A DNA stretch of 64,000 nucleotides from Chrysomallon squamiferum (GCA_012295275.1 CM022669.1:682001-746000), one strand, 5' to 3'. Shown: positions 15,300 to 29,049, counted from the first letter of the stretch. Numbers and translations are program-made. Notes: generated from the sequence alone by a model not told the origin.

Positions 15300-15590
15300 A
15301 TTGAGAGACGAGTGTTGCCGCAGTGGGCGGAGGACGAAGGAGCAGTTTGAACGGTTTGGCCGCGAGCCGAGGAAACAGACGCGGCTGAAAGAAGCTTTAG
15401 AAAACCAGCCAAGCACACCGCGAATAATAACACAACGTTTTATGAGGCCGTTTTGGCCTGCGTGCATTTACGGGTTCCCCAAAACGACGTCGTTTACCCC
15501 AGTGCGGCTGTTTGGCGGCGCACGTTTACGACTGTCGTGTCTATTGACATGTCGGGCGCGGGGCTGCGTCTCAGCAGGGCGTAGCTATTA
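15300..15590. promoter_or_regulatory. CpG-island-like element
   Basis: Most GC- and CpG-dense non-coding stretch in the window, with a GC box gggcgg near 15325. It lies about 0.5 kb upstream of the 14668 exon. Confidence 0.5.
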
Positions 15591-16804
15591 TTTTTCAATT
15601 TTCAAAAGTTTTTATTTCCATGTTTTCACATTTACAAGTTATAATGTATTTTTCAGCATAAAGTGTCAAGAGAGCACAAAGAATGGAAGAAAAGAAATCA
15701 CAAAGTGGAAGACTTGCTTCTGACAACCAAAAAAAAAAAATCATTTAAATTTTTTTTTTTTTTTTTTTTTTTATTATTATTATTTTTATTATTTTTTTTT
15801 TTAAATAAGGAAGAAAAGAAAAAAAAAAAAAAAAAAAAAAAATTAATATTAAAAAGAAAAAAAAAAGGAAAATTAATGTTAGAAGAAATAAAAGAAAATA
15901 TGGCTACACGAATAAAAAAAAGATTATGTAATTTGTTGCTTTCTGATCAAAAAGTAAAATGTACAATGTTTGAAGTTTTTTATGTTGACAAATCTTATCT
16001 TTGTGGAAAATGTTTGTTGTTTTGAAATTCGTCTGCCAAATGAGATAAAGAAAATTAATGTTTAATGAGTTTCACTTCATCCGTGTCTAGTTCAAAGTGA
16101 ACGAGTACATAGACAAATCTGTTATCAAACACATATCTGCTGCTGATGTATAAAACAGACCACGCGTATCCCAGAGTTGTCGCCCTTCATATAATCTATC
16201 GTAATGGAAAGAGATTTTATTGGAAAAAGAATTACATAATCAACAAATACCTGACATAAATACAACATGACAATAACACCTACTACCACCATTATACTAT
16301 TACTATACTACTACTACTACTGCTATTACTATTACGTCATTTATTACTACTACTACTACTACTAGTGCTATTACTATTACGTCGTCTGTTACTACTACTA
16401 CTGCTACTACTAAAACAACTACTACTACTACTACTACTACTTCTTCTGCTACTACTACTATCATTATTCCTACTCTCACCACTAATAATGCAAATACTAT
16501 TATCAATATAACGGTTACTACTACTACTACTACTACACTACTGCTACAGCTATGCTACTAGTACTTCTACCACTACTACACCTACTGCTATACTATTGCT
16601 ACTACTACTTATGATCAGTATTACTACTAATTCTCCTACAACTGTTACTATTTTAGTATATTTTATGACACAACTATTGTTGTAAAGATTACTTTTTTGC
16701 TGCAACGACAACAACTACCACAACGACAACCACGACAATACTGTTGTTGTGGATTTTGTTGTTGATGTTGTTGTTGTTATTATTATTGTTATCATTATTA
16801 TTAC

Positions 16805-16840
<36 letters not shown>

Positions 16841-17427
16841 CATATAAATAAGATTTTCATTTGAATTATTAACAAATTGTGTGGTTCTATAATTATTAAA
16901 ATATTTAAACACTTCAACATCTTTTCAAGAAATTTTTATTATATATTAAAATTGTTTTGCAAAGTACCTTTTAAAACTATAATTTTTCTTATTATCATAA
17001 TTTTCTTATCTATATTCACTTTGAAAATCACGTACACGCCAAAGTTATTTTAGAATATTTTAAAGATGGATTATACATTAATGGGTGAATTAACTAAAAA
17101 TGTGGGTCACATGACTGATCGATGGTGGGAAAAGATATGAGTGGATGTTTTGCCTGGAGCGCTGACTTGTTGGAGGAAATTACGCGGCATAGCTCAAGGG
17201 AGTGTCACCTGATTATGTTCATGCGCCATTTATAAATATATTTCCCATATAATAATCTAACCTTTGTACAGAGAAATCTACTTCTTCAGACAAATAAAAC
17301 AATGAATCTTTGTATTAAAATATTAATAGGTAACAAAAAAATAAAAAATTTAAAAATTTAAAAAAAAAAAAAATTTAAAAATCAAATAGAGAAGAAAATG
17401 AACTTCTAGAAAGTGGAATAAATTAAT

Positions 17428-17463
<36 letters not shown>

Positions 17464-17814
17464 AAATTAAAATAATAGAAATTATAAACAATATATTTTT
17501 TAAATTATAATTAAAATATAATAAGTCACAGAATAATGTCAGAAAACGTTTACCGATTTACTAGTTCTTTTGTTTATTGTTTGTTTGCTTATATATATAA
17601 CTGAATGTATGTATATGTGTATATATTTGTTTATTTATAAATATATGGAAACTATATTTTAAAGATACAGTTGTCTTATCATAATTATATATACTTATCT
17701 TTGGTGTCCAAGTACATGTATGTAGACGAAAACTGAGTATTTACCAATGTTTTATAGATTAGGATTATCGACTAGATTACATACTGAGGGAAACAATTCA
17801 ACCAATGTTTTAAC

Positions 17815-18295
17815 TTGTATGTGTGCGTGTGTGTGTGGGTGGGTGTATATGTATAATATACATATGTGTGTGTGTGTGTATGTATATGTATAATATACAT
17901 ATGTGTGTGTATGTATATGTATAATATACATATGTATGTGTGTGTATGTATATATATATATATATGTGTGTGTGTATGTATATGTATAATATACATATGT
18001 GTGTGTGTGTATGTATGTATATGTATAATATACATATATATGTGTGTATGTATGTATATGTATAATATACATATGTGTGTGTATGTATATGTATAATATA
18101 CATATGTATGTGTGTGTATGTATAATATACATATATATGTGTGTGTGTATGTATATGTATAATATACATATATATATGTGTGCGTGTATGTATGTATATG
18201 TATAACATACATATATATATGTGCGTGTGTGTGTGTGTGTGCATGTATATGTATAATATACATATATGTGTGTGTGTGTGTATACGCGCATATGT
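17815..18295. repeat. Compound TG/TA microsatellite-derived repeat (gtatgtatatgtataatatacatatgtgtgt)
   Basis: Repeating unit; source of the spurious HT/YI ORFs. Confidence 0.9.
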
Positions 18296-18806
18296 GCATG
18301 TGAAAGAGAGAGAATAATAGATTACTGACATATACATTTTAAATTATTATTATTATTATTGTTATTACTACTACTACTACTACAACTACTATACTACTAT
18401 TACTACTACTACTACTACTACTACTACAACTACTATAGTTCTACTATTATTGTTATTATTATTATTGTTATTATTATTATTATTATTTCTAACAATATTT
18501 ATGTTAATCTCAAACTATTCGTTTATCCACCATCCTTTCGGTACGCATGTATATTTATGGAGTTGTTATGTACGTACATGGATAGGTAATTGGATGTTGA
18601 ATTTGTTGGTATGTGTACTTGCAATTAATATTACTGCATCGTCCTTTAGAGCCCGAAGTTGAATAACATTCTTTTCCTAGTTAAGATTAAGCCATGCAAG
18701 TTATAAATAGAACATCATGCAGTAACATGCATGTTTCTAAAATTAATATACTTTTTTGTATTAAGAAAAAGAAAAACATCAAGACGAACAGTAACACTCC
18801 TGCTGC

Positions 18807-18837
<31 letters not shown>

Positions 18838-19001
18838 AACGTTTTCACAACACAGCGTGGAGAAGTAGCTGGAACGGGATTTTTAAAGTAGTAGCAGTAA
18901 CCATGGACTGGTTGATACGTGTACTGGTTTGTGTTTGTTGTTAGTGTGTGTGCGTGTAAGTGTGTAAGACCCAACATACACTCACTCTTTCTTTCTCTCT
19001 C

Positions 19002-19035
<34 letters not shown>

Positions 19036-19292
19036 AGTCTCTTTCTGTCTCTCTGTTTCGTATTTTAAGAGGAAAACTACTTACTTCTGAAATGTTCGAA
19101 AATAACTTCATTAACGATCTGACACCTTCATTTTGAAGATTTTTTAAACAGTGTATTTACTAATGCAGTGTTAAAGGAATATTATGACGTCATAAACGAA
19201 CAACGTCACACCCGATTGTTTAGCGTTGCTATGAGGAAATTATTTGCAGTTATTTAGGATTATCTTTTTCAAGTTTACTTCAGGTAAGCGAT

Positions 19293-19331
<39 letters not shown>

Positions 19332-19404
19332 CATCATCAACAACAACAATTAATAATAATAATAATAACAATAACAATAACAATAACAATAATAATAATA
19401 ATAA

Positions 19405-19435
<31 letters not shown>

Positions 19436-20525
19436 AAGAAGAAAAAGAACAACAACAACCCAATGATGATGATGATGATGATGATGAAAGTAATTAAATA
19501 CCAATATCAATATATCAGTAAGAAATAATAGGAGATTTATTTATTTACTGGCTTTGTTTTGATTTTCTGAGTTATTTACTGAGGAGGGAGTCGTTCACGT
19601 TTAATCGATGTTTAGAATATTGAATTTTAATTATTGAACAAGTCGTAGGCGTTACGTTCTGGTATCAAACATGAGACAGGAATTATCTCCTAGTTCGAGA
19701 ATTATCCTACAGGATTAACTAATCTATTACTAGAATCAGCAGTGACTTTGTGTCTAGTCCAGATATACTTAAACAGCAGGAAAAATACATAAACAGACAA
19801 ACAAACAAACAAACAAACAAAAAACAAACAAACAAACATATTAACAAATAAATAAAAATACATAAAATAAATAAGAAAGAAAATAAATAAATAAATATTT
19901 ATTTATTTATTTATTGTAGACAATAAAAAAATAAAAAAAATAAATAAAAAATAAAAAAATGAAATTAAAACGAAATAAATCCTTAGCGAAATGCAGCAAC
20001 ATAAAATAAAAATTAAAATAATAACCATTGATGTTGTCAACAGAACATGAAATACATCGATCGACGTTACCGCCTATGTCGAAATTGCGTAAATCAAATA
20101 AAACGTTTAACGGTAAAAATTAAAACTGATCCTCGATCGAATGTGAATTCCAAGAAATTCAAGTTTAATGACCCAAAATACACTTAATACTTATTTTGTA
20201 AGGAAAAGAAAAAAAGAGAAAAAAAAAAAAAAAAGAAAAGAGAATCCATAAATGTTTATTAATAATTAGTAGTTTATGCACTTTTAAATAATAATAACGA
20301 TAATGATGATGATGATAATAATAATAATAATTAGCTTTTTTTCCCTTGCATAAATTCTGAAGCTCACAGTGGCGTGTGCAAAACGGTCGACTTGTAACCA
20401 AGCTGGCTGTCATCTTAGACTTGCTTTTGCCACATGTGTATATTTCATCATATCTAAAGTAATTACTTTCGTCTGCTTTATTATTATTATTATTTTTTGT
20501 ATTTATTTATTTATTTACTTACTTC

Positions 20526-20568
<43 letters not shown>

Positions 20569-21483
20569 TATTTTTTTTTTTTATATATTTATTTTACATT
20601 TCTTTACGGCTTAATTTTCGTAGACATCGCTACGGGTGCGATTTTTAAAAAGCGTTTAAGAGGAAAAACATGTTTGAAAAGTAATACAGCTTAGTGTGTA
20701 AGGCATGCAAGTTCGTTTTCATGCAGGAACTTCGAGCGCTCGTTAACGCGTGTTTTTTAAGCGTGCACATCAAGGGATGGTTATAATTAATTTTAGCGTG
20801 TAAATCAAGAATCGCGCAAAGCGAAACCACGTTAAGCTAGGATACATGTAATAAAGCAAGGTATATTGCTGCAGTATTTCTTTGTCATGAACAATTTTTT
20901 TAATATTTAAAAGGTTACCCGAAGATAAAAAAAGAAAAAAGAAAAAGAAACTACGTGGTTGCTTTGCTCATTGCAATACAGAAGCTTTTAAAAACGTTTT
21001 ATTTGGAAATTATTATTTAAAATTTTCGGCAGTCGTCGTGTTTAACCAGTGAACCAGCGTGTCGTCTGAGAGGCAGGTGCTTCGTCTTTACAAAACCCGC
21101 TGAATCATCAAACCTCGTCGCCGTATTAAACTCAGAATTATAATTAATTATAGAATAAAAATATCAGACGTTAAAAACTGCGAGCGCGGGAAATGTGTAG
21201 TTGAGTTGTTCCTCCATTCACCTGGCGCACCCGCTCGTCACAGACGGCGAACACGCACAGTGTACAGCGATTTGCGATTCAAAATGGAGAATGGACCGAC
21301 ACAACTCGTCTGTACGTGTTATTTCAGGTTCATTGGTGCTCACAGGGACTCACCTATGCAGGAAGGGACCTGTTGCGAAATGTAATTTATGAAATGCATT
21401 TTTCTCTCAAAAGACATAATTAATTACAGCCTAATGAATTGGAAAAAAAAAATTTCATTAATAAAAAAATAAAAATAATAATA

Positions 21484-21579
<96 letters not shown>

Positions 21580-22294
21580 AAATTTAAAATTAATATAACA
21601 AAAAATAATTGCGAAAATTACGTGAATATGCATTTTAAATTTTTCCACTTGCTACATATTTATTTATTTAATTTTATTTTATGTATTGCTTCAAAGTCAA
21701 AATTTTAGCAGTGTTAAGGTAAAGGTTATGAATCGTTGCTATACATTATTCTAAAAAACATATTCATTAACTACTTTAATATTACTTCAAAAAATTAAAA
21801 TTAAATAAATAAATAAATAAGTTTTAAATATTTCCAATCAATTGTTATTTTTTAAAAACACAAACCTTTGTGTCGTTTACCTGACAACACCTGATACAAA
21901 ACTGAACAGAGAACCAGAAAAGAAAATGCTACCACAATGAACAGTTTTTTTCTTCTTATCTTTTGCTTAAAACCACCAGTGCGTGTTAAATTTGAATTAA
22001 TTAATTAATTTAATGTAACAACTGACTGCGCTGGTTTCAGTCTAAAATTATCTATTCATCTACAGTAAATAAAATGACTATATCTATATCTGTTATCTAT
22101 CTATCTGTGTATCTATATATCTACGTCTGTCTGGCTGTCTGTCTACCTATATATCTGTCCATCCATCCATCCATCCATCCATCCATATATATGTGTGTGT
22201 CTTTTCTACTTCTTTCCACAAATTAATTCAAATTTTATTTATTTTTCATTTCACTTTGGTAAGAAGGTTTGTCAATGAATACACAGGGTGAAAA

Positions 22295-23685
22295 CGGATG
22301 CTTGTATAACAGAGTTTATTTATGTGTGACTACTCCAAAACACTGGAGAGGAAGACAAAATTAAAACACTGTGGACTCAGTCTTTTGATTCGTTTGTGTT
22401 TGTCTTTAACAAATGTAATTTTCTTTCATTCTTTTTTTGTTGTTATTTTTGATAATATTGCCAGAATTAGAGTTATTACAAAAGATTTTTCTGTGTGCAA
22501 CCATCAGTTTAAATGAAAGAATGCAACGCAAATTTAACTGCCACCCTCCCAAAAAATAAGATAAACAATTTAAACAATAACAAACAACATGAGTATTTTA
22601 ATATTTTATGTCTAACAAAATAACAGCAATTAGGAACAATTTAAACAACTGACATATTGTATACATTGTATAAAAAGAAGAAACTGTGAAATACAGTGGA
22701 CTAGAACAAGTAAAACAAAATTGTTAAAAAAGCTGAAGAAATATTTCTAAATAAATAAATAAATAAATAAAGTACTTATCAGTGACCCCTCACAGTCAGA
22801 GGTGATGTCAACATCAGAGGACTGATCAGTCAGAGGTGATGTCAACATCAGAGTTAAAATGACTGTGATGTCAACATCAGACAGTTAAAATGACTGTGAT
22901 GTCAACATCAGAGTTAAAATGACTGTGATGTCAACATCAGACAGTTAAAATGACTGTGATGTCAACATCAGAGTTAAAATGACTATGTGATGTCAACATC
23001 AGAGTTAAAATGACTCTGTGATGTTAGTACACAGACACTGGCTGATGATTTCTCTACATGAAAATTTTAATCTCAAGTTTCAAGTGTTTGTCTCTTACAT
23101 CACTGGAGCAGGTGGTTTGTTTTTCATGCTGCTAAACATTCACTCATTTTTACACTGCTCAGATCTGTCCAACCTGGAAAAGACAGGGACAGTTTTGAAA
23201 GATAACACGTTACATTCATATTCTTAATTTTTATCAAATCCTGACTTGTCTGACTTACAGTGATATTAAACAAATAAAAATAAAAATAAAAACTAAAACT
23301 GTCAAGAAACTGTAATGATTTATGGAATCAATTTTATATTTTTGTTTTCTTACTTAAAAGTAATAAAATCATATTTTCTTTTCTTTCATTTTAACTGCTT
23401 CTTTCATTTCTTGACAAGCAAACACAGACAAGATTTAAACATTATGTTAAACAAGCTATCTATATTGTTAAAGACACTTCTTTACCAACATTATTAAAAC
23501 ATTTAGCTGAAACAAAATACAAGTCTAAATAAAGACTGAAAATAATATAGCACTAGTGTACAAAGTAAATGTAAACTTAGCTGTGACAGATTTTTATTTT
23601 TCTTATTTTATTTAAAGTGTTCCTTTTGTGAACAAATCTAAGTAAACTTTACATACTTCCAAGTTAGTCTTTATTTTATTATTAC

Positions 23686-23731
<46 letters not shown>

Positions 23732-26700
23732 TTATTATTATTTATTTATTTATTTATTTATTTTTGCTGTCCAATCTTTATTAATAACAAAGTATAACAA
23801 CAAAAGAGTACATTCTAAAAATATCTGGTGCCACCATGTTTCTGTTGTCAAGACAACACACATGGAGACCAGTTTTCTCAAAAATTCAGAGATCAGTTTG
23901 CTAGATAACCACAACAACAACACCATCACTCCAGCTACACAAAGTTAAAATGCTACACAACAGTGTTTACATGATTTCAAAGTCACACTTTGTTGTTTAT
24001 GATGAAAGGTCAATGAAAACAGTAACTGGAATATAAATAATTTTGTTAGACTGTCTGTTAATTCCACCTCAGCTAACTCAGTAAAACATGTCACATACAA
24101 CTGACAAATTTACATTTATCACAAACAGATCGAAAAAAGAAAACCAAAGATATGTAAAAAAACTTAACTTTTACTTGATTCATAATCAAGCACACTAACT
24201 TAATTTCATTTATTATAAACTAATATCATTTCAAATGATACATTTAAAAATTTAAAAACAAATACAAATTTACATACCTTATGCTATGAGTTTTTCAAAG
24301 GATAAAATAAAATATTGACTTGTTAAATTTATCTTTTACATCAAATGAGAAATAAATTCTAAAATAAAAATCTGTCATTTAGTCAGGTAATGTGTACAAT
24401 ATGTTTATTTTTATTTATGTTTTCTTTAAAATATAAAATAATTATAAAGATTATAATGAATATAGTAAGTCAATTACAGTTAAATAAACGTACTCTAAAA
24501 CCCAAACTTGAAAAAGCGTTTTGAGAAATCAATAGATTCAACAAAAATCACAAATATAAATAATATTTTAAATATGTAATTGAAATTGGATAACTTAATA
24601 GTATTAAAAAAATAATAATAATAAAATAAAAATGAAATTACTACAAATGAAGAGAAAATCATTGGCTATATTTAGGGAATGTAAAAACATGGATAAACAA
24701 AAATTCAAATGATTAAACAAATAAAATAATTAAATCTATTAAAAATAAAACTTAACACTGAGGTAGGTGATGACACTGGGGGAGAAAATAAAACAACAAA
24801 AAACAGAAATTTACGTTGGCTGCTACATTTCAAATAAATGAAAAGTAAAGTCTTTGTTAAAGTGAGATTTTTATAAATTACGTGTAAAATGAGCTACTAG
24901 AATAGTTGATCTGTTACTAACTTTGTTAGTAGTAAAGATTGTTTTCAAGTGAAAATAAACCAGTCATCTGTTCATGTGCGATGTTTAAAATATTTATTTG
25001 TTCTACCACAGACACTGTGTTAGTCACTTTAAACAGTGTATCAAAAATATTTTGAAATTACAATTATTTTTTTAAAAGGAGAAAAAAAAAAAAAAAAACC
25101 AATTGTTTTTTTAAAAAAACACAAAAAAACCCCAAACAACAACAACAAAAGAAAAGAAAAACACCCTTCCAAACAAAATCCAATAAGAGAAACACAAGAC
25201 AAAATTAAAACAATAAGTAAAAACTAAACACAAAAAGTTTACAAGTTTCAAAGTTTTGACAACACAAAGTACAACATTGAATGTGTAACTTTTTTACTAT
25301 CACCGGCAGACACAATTTTAAACTATTTTACAAATGCAATGTTTGTTTTATATTCACTGCTTTTCCCAATCTAACCAGTGTCTGATGTGTTGAGATGTGT
25401 AAACTGAAACTTGGTGCTGTTCTGTAAACATGAACTAGGACATGTGTATTCCTCGTTCAAGACAAAATTAAAATAAGTAATAAAATTCTAGAGTTTTGTC
25501 ATGGCAGAGGAAACAAGCTGTTATATCTAATAAAATAAAATATTTCAGTTTGTCTGCTCTTGATAGGATCAAATCTGTGTAGGATGCTGTTTCAACATCA
25601 CTGGCATGTGCTGTCTTGTATGTAGAAAAATGTAATAACACTGTTACATCTCATTACTGACACTTAACAACTGCCAATAATAAAGAATACATCAAAGAAA
25701 CATTCATTAATTCATCAGACTAAATGAATGTTTAAAGAAATCTCAACTTTTAATATTAGAACAGAGATAAAAAAAAGAAAAGAAAAGAAAGAAAAGGTGA
25801 TTAAATTAAGGATATGTCATGACATTATTGCACAGTCTGAAAAATCTAACACAGATAAAAATTTTCAATTTAGTTTTGATGGTAAAGCCTACATAAATAT
25901 CTGATCTAACAACACACACACACACACACACAAAAACTTTTGTTTTTTAAAATGTCATAAATGTATAATGTTAAAGGTGTTTTAAAGGATTTTTGTGAAA
26001 TCTGGACTGCAGCAGTTTGCTAGCAACTTTCCATGATTTTCATTAACAAACCAGATGTAAGTTTATAAAGTAAGAGTGATACTAAAATGAACTTACAACA
26101 AAAGTAATATTTATACAACTCAGTAGATACAAAATCTTATTTATTCCTTGATTCAAGGTCACAGTGTTGTAATGACAGGATCTGTTCATGAATTCCTCTT
26201 AGTAAACATTAAATAAGTGTTTGAAATCTTACAATTACCTCAAACTGTATTAACACTATGTGGCTGAATATACTGTACCAAAATAATACTGATTTCTGTT
26301 TGATCTACTTTCAGATATCACAATAATATTTCTTTGATTCAATTCTGATAAAATAATTAATAAAACTGTAGGGTTGGAACAAGAGTTCATTTCATTCATT
26401 TAAGTGAAATTCAAAGACAGTATTTTGATATTTGTAGATAGATTTAATCAACAACATACGTACCATTTTGTTCAACTTTAGAATGTGTATATATATATAT
26501 ATATATATATCATATATTTCAGTCACTTGTGAAATGAAATCACATTCTCAGATTCTGTCTACTAAAAACACACTTTTGTTCAAACCCAGAAACAATGATA
26601 ATAAAACTAATGAGGTTGAAGGTAATTATAGTAGTTTAAAGTGTACAATTCGTGATACAAAGAAACAGTCTTTAAAAATACGTTTTTGTTCTATTTTTCA

Positions 26701-27072
26701 TTTTTCATTTATTTATTTACTTTAACTCAAAAATTATCTAATAATAAATATAACAGTTTTAAAAAATCAGAGTACTGCAGTATTTTTTTAGCTGTGACAT
26801 CATCAGTGACATCAGCATGACATCACAAGTGACAGGTATTGCACACATTCCACTATGATATTTACTTCAAAATGTCTTTACAGACAAAATGCAATCAGTA
26901 TTAATAATTATTTAATTCTCATATTTAGTTTTGTCTCTGTGTGTTGTGTCTTGGGTAGTTATTATTATTATTATTTTGGTATTTGGATATTTGTACTAGA
27001 AGTATGTAATGTCTATGATTATGTATCTGTATGTAATGTGTGTGTTTGTGTACTCACACTATTTGTATAAAG
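22295..27072 (-). other. Probable long 3' UTR of the MYORG-like gene, with AATAAA (minus strand) at 22315-22320
   Basis: A poly(A) signal is followed on the minus strand by a T/GT-rich element (ttttcaccctgtgtatt). It coincides with the switch from CpG-depleted to CpG-retaining DNA. Other AATAAA hexamers exist closer to the stop. Confidence 0.4.
22793..23016. repeat. ~29-33-bp minisatellite with palindromic core TGATGTCAACATCA, 7 cores
   Basis: Tandem gtgatgtcaacatcagagttaaaatgact units. Confidence 0.92.
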
Positions 27073-29022
27073 TTACACTCTGACAAAGTATGGCACTTTG
27101 TTTTTCAAGCTCAGCTGGACATTAACCCAGTGTCGCCCATCAGTGACCACACTGTCAATGCCCTGCCACTTCCCCTTCGGCAGATACACCCTCCTAGACT
27201 GCTGACCCTCACACAGGATAGGAGCCACCAGGATCCTGTCTCCTATCATGAACTCATCATCTATTGTCATGGCAACGGCATCCTTCTCATCCATCCACCA
27301 CAGTGGTTTCAGAATGGAATTTCCCTTTTCACCAGACAGAGCTCGCTGCAGTTCTGGAACAATGACATTCTTCCTGATCTCCAGCAGGTCGCTGAGGATT
27401 CTCAGACTGGTCTCATTCAGAATGGGGAGGGTGGGGATTCGGAAGCTGGGGAACACCATTGCCAGCTGCAGCCACTTGGCCAGGAGGTCCTCATTGCGCG
27501 CCACATCGGCCAGACCATCGAACATGATGAGAGGGTACCCACCAATACCGAGGTGAAGAGTCAGAGGAATGACAGAGTTGAAACATTTCACACCTTCCAC
27601 ATCAAACAGCTGAGCATGGACAATGGCGTACACTGTGTCTGTTGTAAAACCAGCGATGTAGTCCTCAACCATGGTGGTGTTCAGTGAGGTGATCATGTCT
27701 GAGAAGAGTCGAGGGTAGTTGAGGAATGTGACGTTTGGATCGGAGTAGGTGATCAAGCGTGGTATCACAGTGTGTAGAAGTTTGAAAGCTTTGATGTTGT
27801 AGTCTGCTTTCAGCTGCTGCAGGTGTTGCCGGTACCAGTGTCTTGCCTCCGGGTTTGACACATCGAGGACTGCACCCTCCTTTCCTCGCCAGCTGATCAG
27901 CTTGGTTACCAGACCCATTGAGTCCTGCAGGAAATAGTTCTTTTCTATGCCCATGTAGAAGTGCTTTGACCTGTATGTGAAGAATGTGGAAATTGGAAGC
28001 ATCACCTTACAATTTGTATTGGCCAGTTCATCCAGCAGGTGTTTCATTCTGAGCAGCTTGTCCTGAGAAAACTGCAGATCTCCAAACTCATCCTCCCAGT
28101 CCCCAAAAATCTCCAGAAAATTACACTGAACTTTGGAATGAGCCAGCTGATCTCTGAACTTTGCAACATCATCGACACTGGACAGAGCCCATATTGGATT
28201 GACAAAGATTTTACCGTTGTCTGTGTTGCTGTCTGGAGGGTGGAAATCTTCATCAGCTTCTTGGAACAGAGACTTCTGCATGTGTTGGTGTGACTTCATC
28301 ACAACGTCCTTCATGCTGTCACCGCGGCAGATGGTGTACTTGAGCAGCATGCCACCCAGTCCTGCGTCCTCATTGGAGAACTCCGAGGCGAGACAGAACT
28401 GTTCTTTGTCTGTCACGTTCCACGTCACCATGAAAGGAACGTTGCTGTCTATGAAGATGCTAACAGCGTTGGAAGATAACCAAAACGGAACTCGATTTGT
28501 CTTCTGCTCTGTCGGGTATTTAGGATAGAAAGTCACGTTTTTTATCTTCAAGTTACTGACTGGCCAGAACTTGTGAAAATCTGCAGCATAACCAAACCAC
28601 TTCAAACCAAGCAGGTAAAAACAATCCTCAGCTTTGAAGTCATCAGACAGACCTTTCCACAGCAGAGTGTAACAGGGGACTGAACTGTTGCTGTCCTTGC
28701 TGAACTCCAGGGTAGCCATCTTGTGCCAGATCAGACAGTTGTGTACATACTGGTTGTCTACACGACACCAGTCATACGGAGTTGCCTTCAGGTGCATGCC
28801 CATGTCTCCATACAGCACTGTGTTCTCATCAGAGTTCTCAAGCTCCAGGGTTCGAACCTTGACAGTGAAGAGGAAGGAGCTGTCGAGAATAACAGATTCG
28901 ACTGATGCCTTGTAGAAGAGCCAGATAGAGAAAACACCAAATGCCAGAATGCCGAAGAGGACGTAGACAGCTATTTTCATAATCAGCCTCTTCCGCCTCT
29001 TGCTCTCCTGGGCCTGGACAGC
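27073..29022 (-). CDS. Large terminal coding exon of a MYORG-like (myogenesis-regulating glycosidase/SITS-binding protein family) GH31 type II membrane protein, probably catalytically inactive
   Basis: Long, GC-richer ORF with a basic KRRKR segment and TM helix IAVYVLFGILAFGVFSIWLFY. It carries the GH31/MYORG motifs GAVLDVSNPEARHWY, GYPLIMFD, KPLWW, DEFMIGDRILVAPIL and VYLPKGKW. The true 5' boundary is the acceptor gttgtttgtctctttcag|GCT (phase 0) at 29022. The ORF-track N-terminus MCKLCEVHVK lies in intron/satellite sequence. Stop TAA at 27073-27075. Confidence 0.93.
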   Translation of the reverse strand, partial: AVQAQESKRRKRLIMKIAVYVLFGILAFGVFSIWLFYKASVESVILDSSFLFTVKVRTLELENSDENTVLYGDMGMHLKATPYDWCRVDNQYVHNCLIWHKMATLEFSKDSNSSVPCYTLLWKGLSDDFKAEDCFYLLGLKWFGYAADFHKFWPVSNLKIKNVTFYPKYPTEQKTNRVPFWLSSNAVSIFIDSNVPFMVTWNVTDKEQFCLASEFSNEDAGLGGMLLKYTICRGDSMKDVVMKSHQHMQKSLFQEADEDFHPPDSNTDNGKIFVNPIWALSSVDDVAKFRDQLAHSKVQCNFLEIFGDWEDEFGDLQFSQDKLLRMKHLLDELANTNCKVMLPISTFFTYRSKHFYMGIEKNYFLQDSMGLVTKLISWRGKEGAVLDVSNPEARHWYRQHLQQLKADYNIKAFKLLHTVIPRLITYSDPNVTFLNYPRLFSDMITSLNTTMVEDYIAGFTTDTVYAIVHAQLFDVEGVKCFNSVIPLTLHLGIGGYPLIMFDGLADVARNEDLLAKWLQLAMVFPSFRIPTLPILNETSLRILSDLLEIRKNVIVPELQRALSGEKGNSILKPLWWMDEKDAVAMTIDDEFMIGDRILVAPILCEGQQSRRVYLPKGKWQGIDSVVTDGRHWVNVQLSLKNKVPYFVRV

Positions 29023-29049
29023 CTGAAAGAGACAAACAACTTGTAGAAT

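Noticed and set aside
15301-15723. 140-aa ORF in the GC-rich island
   Set aside because: It has a non-ATG start and no recognisable protein features, and runs into AT-rich sequence; better explained as a regulatory island.
19182-19195. Perfect 14-bp palindrome ttatgacgtcataa (CRE)
   Set aside because: It is an isolated motif with no evidence of function from sequence alone.
25698-25733. 11-bp-stem hairpin in the 3' UTR (a similar small hairpin lies at 41044-41081)
   Set aside because: The stems are AT-rich and too short for a pre-miRNA, and are expected by chance at this composition.
27040-28915. Plus-strand ORFs overlapping the GH31 exon
   Set aside because: They are antisense shadows of a GC-richer coding exon with no recognisable domains.
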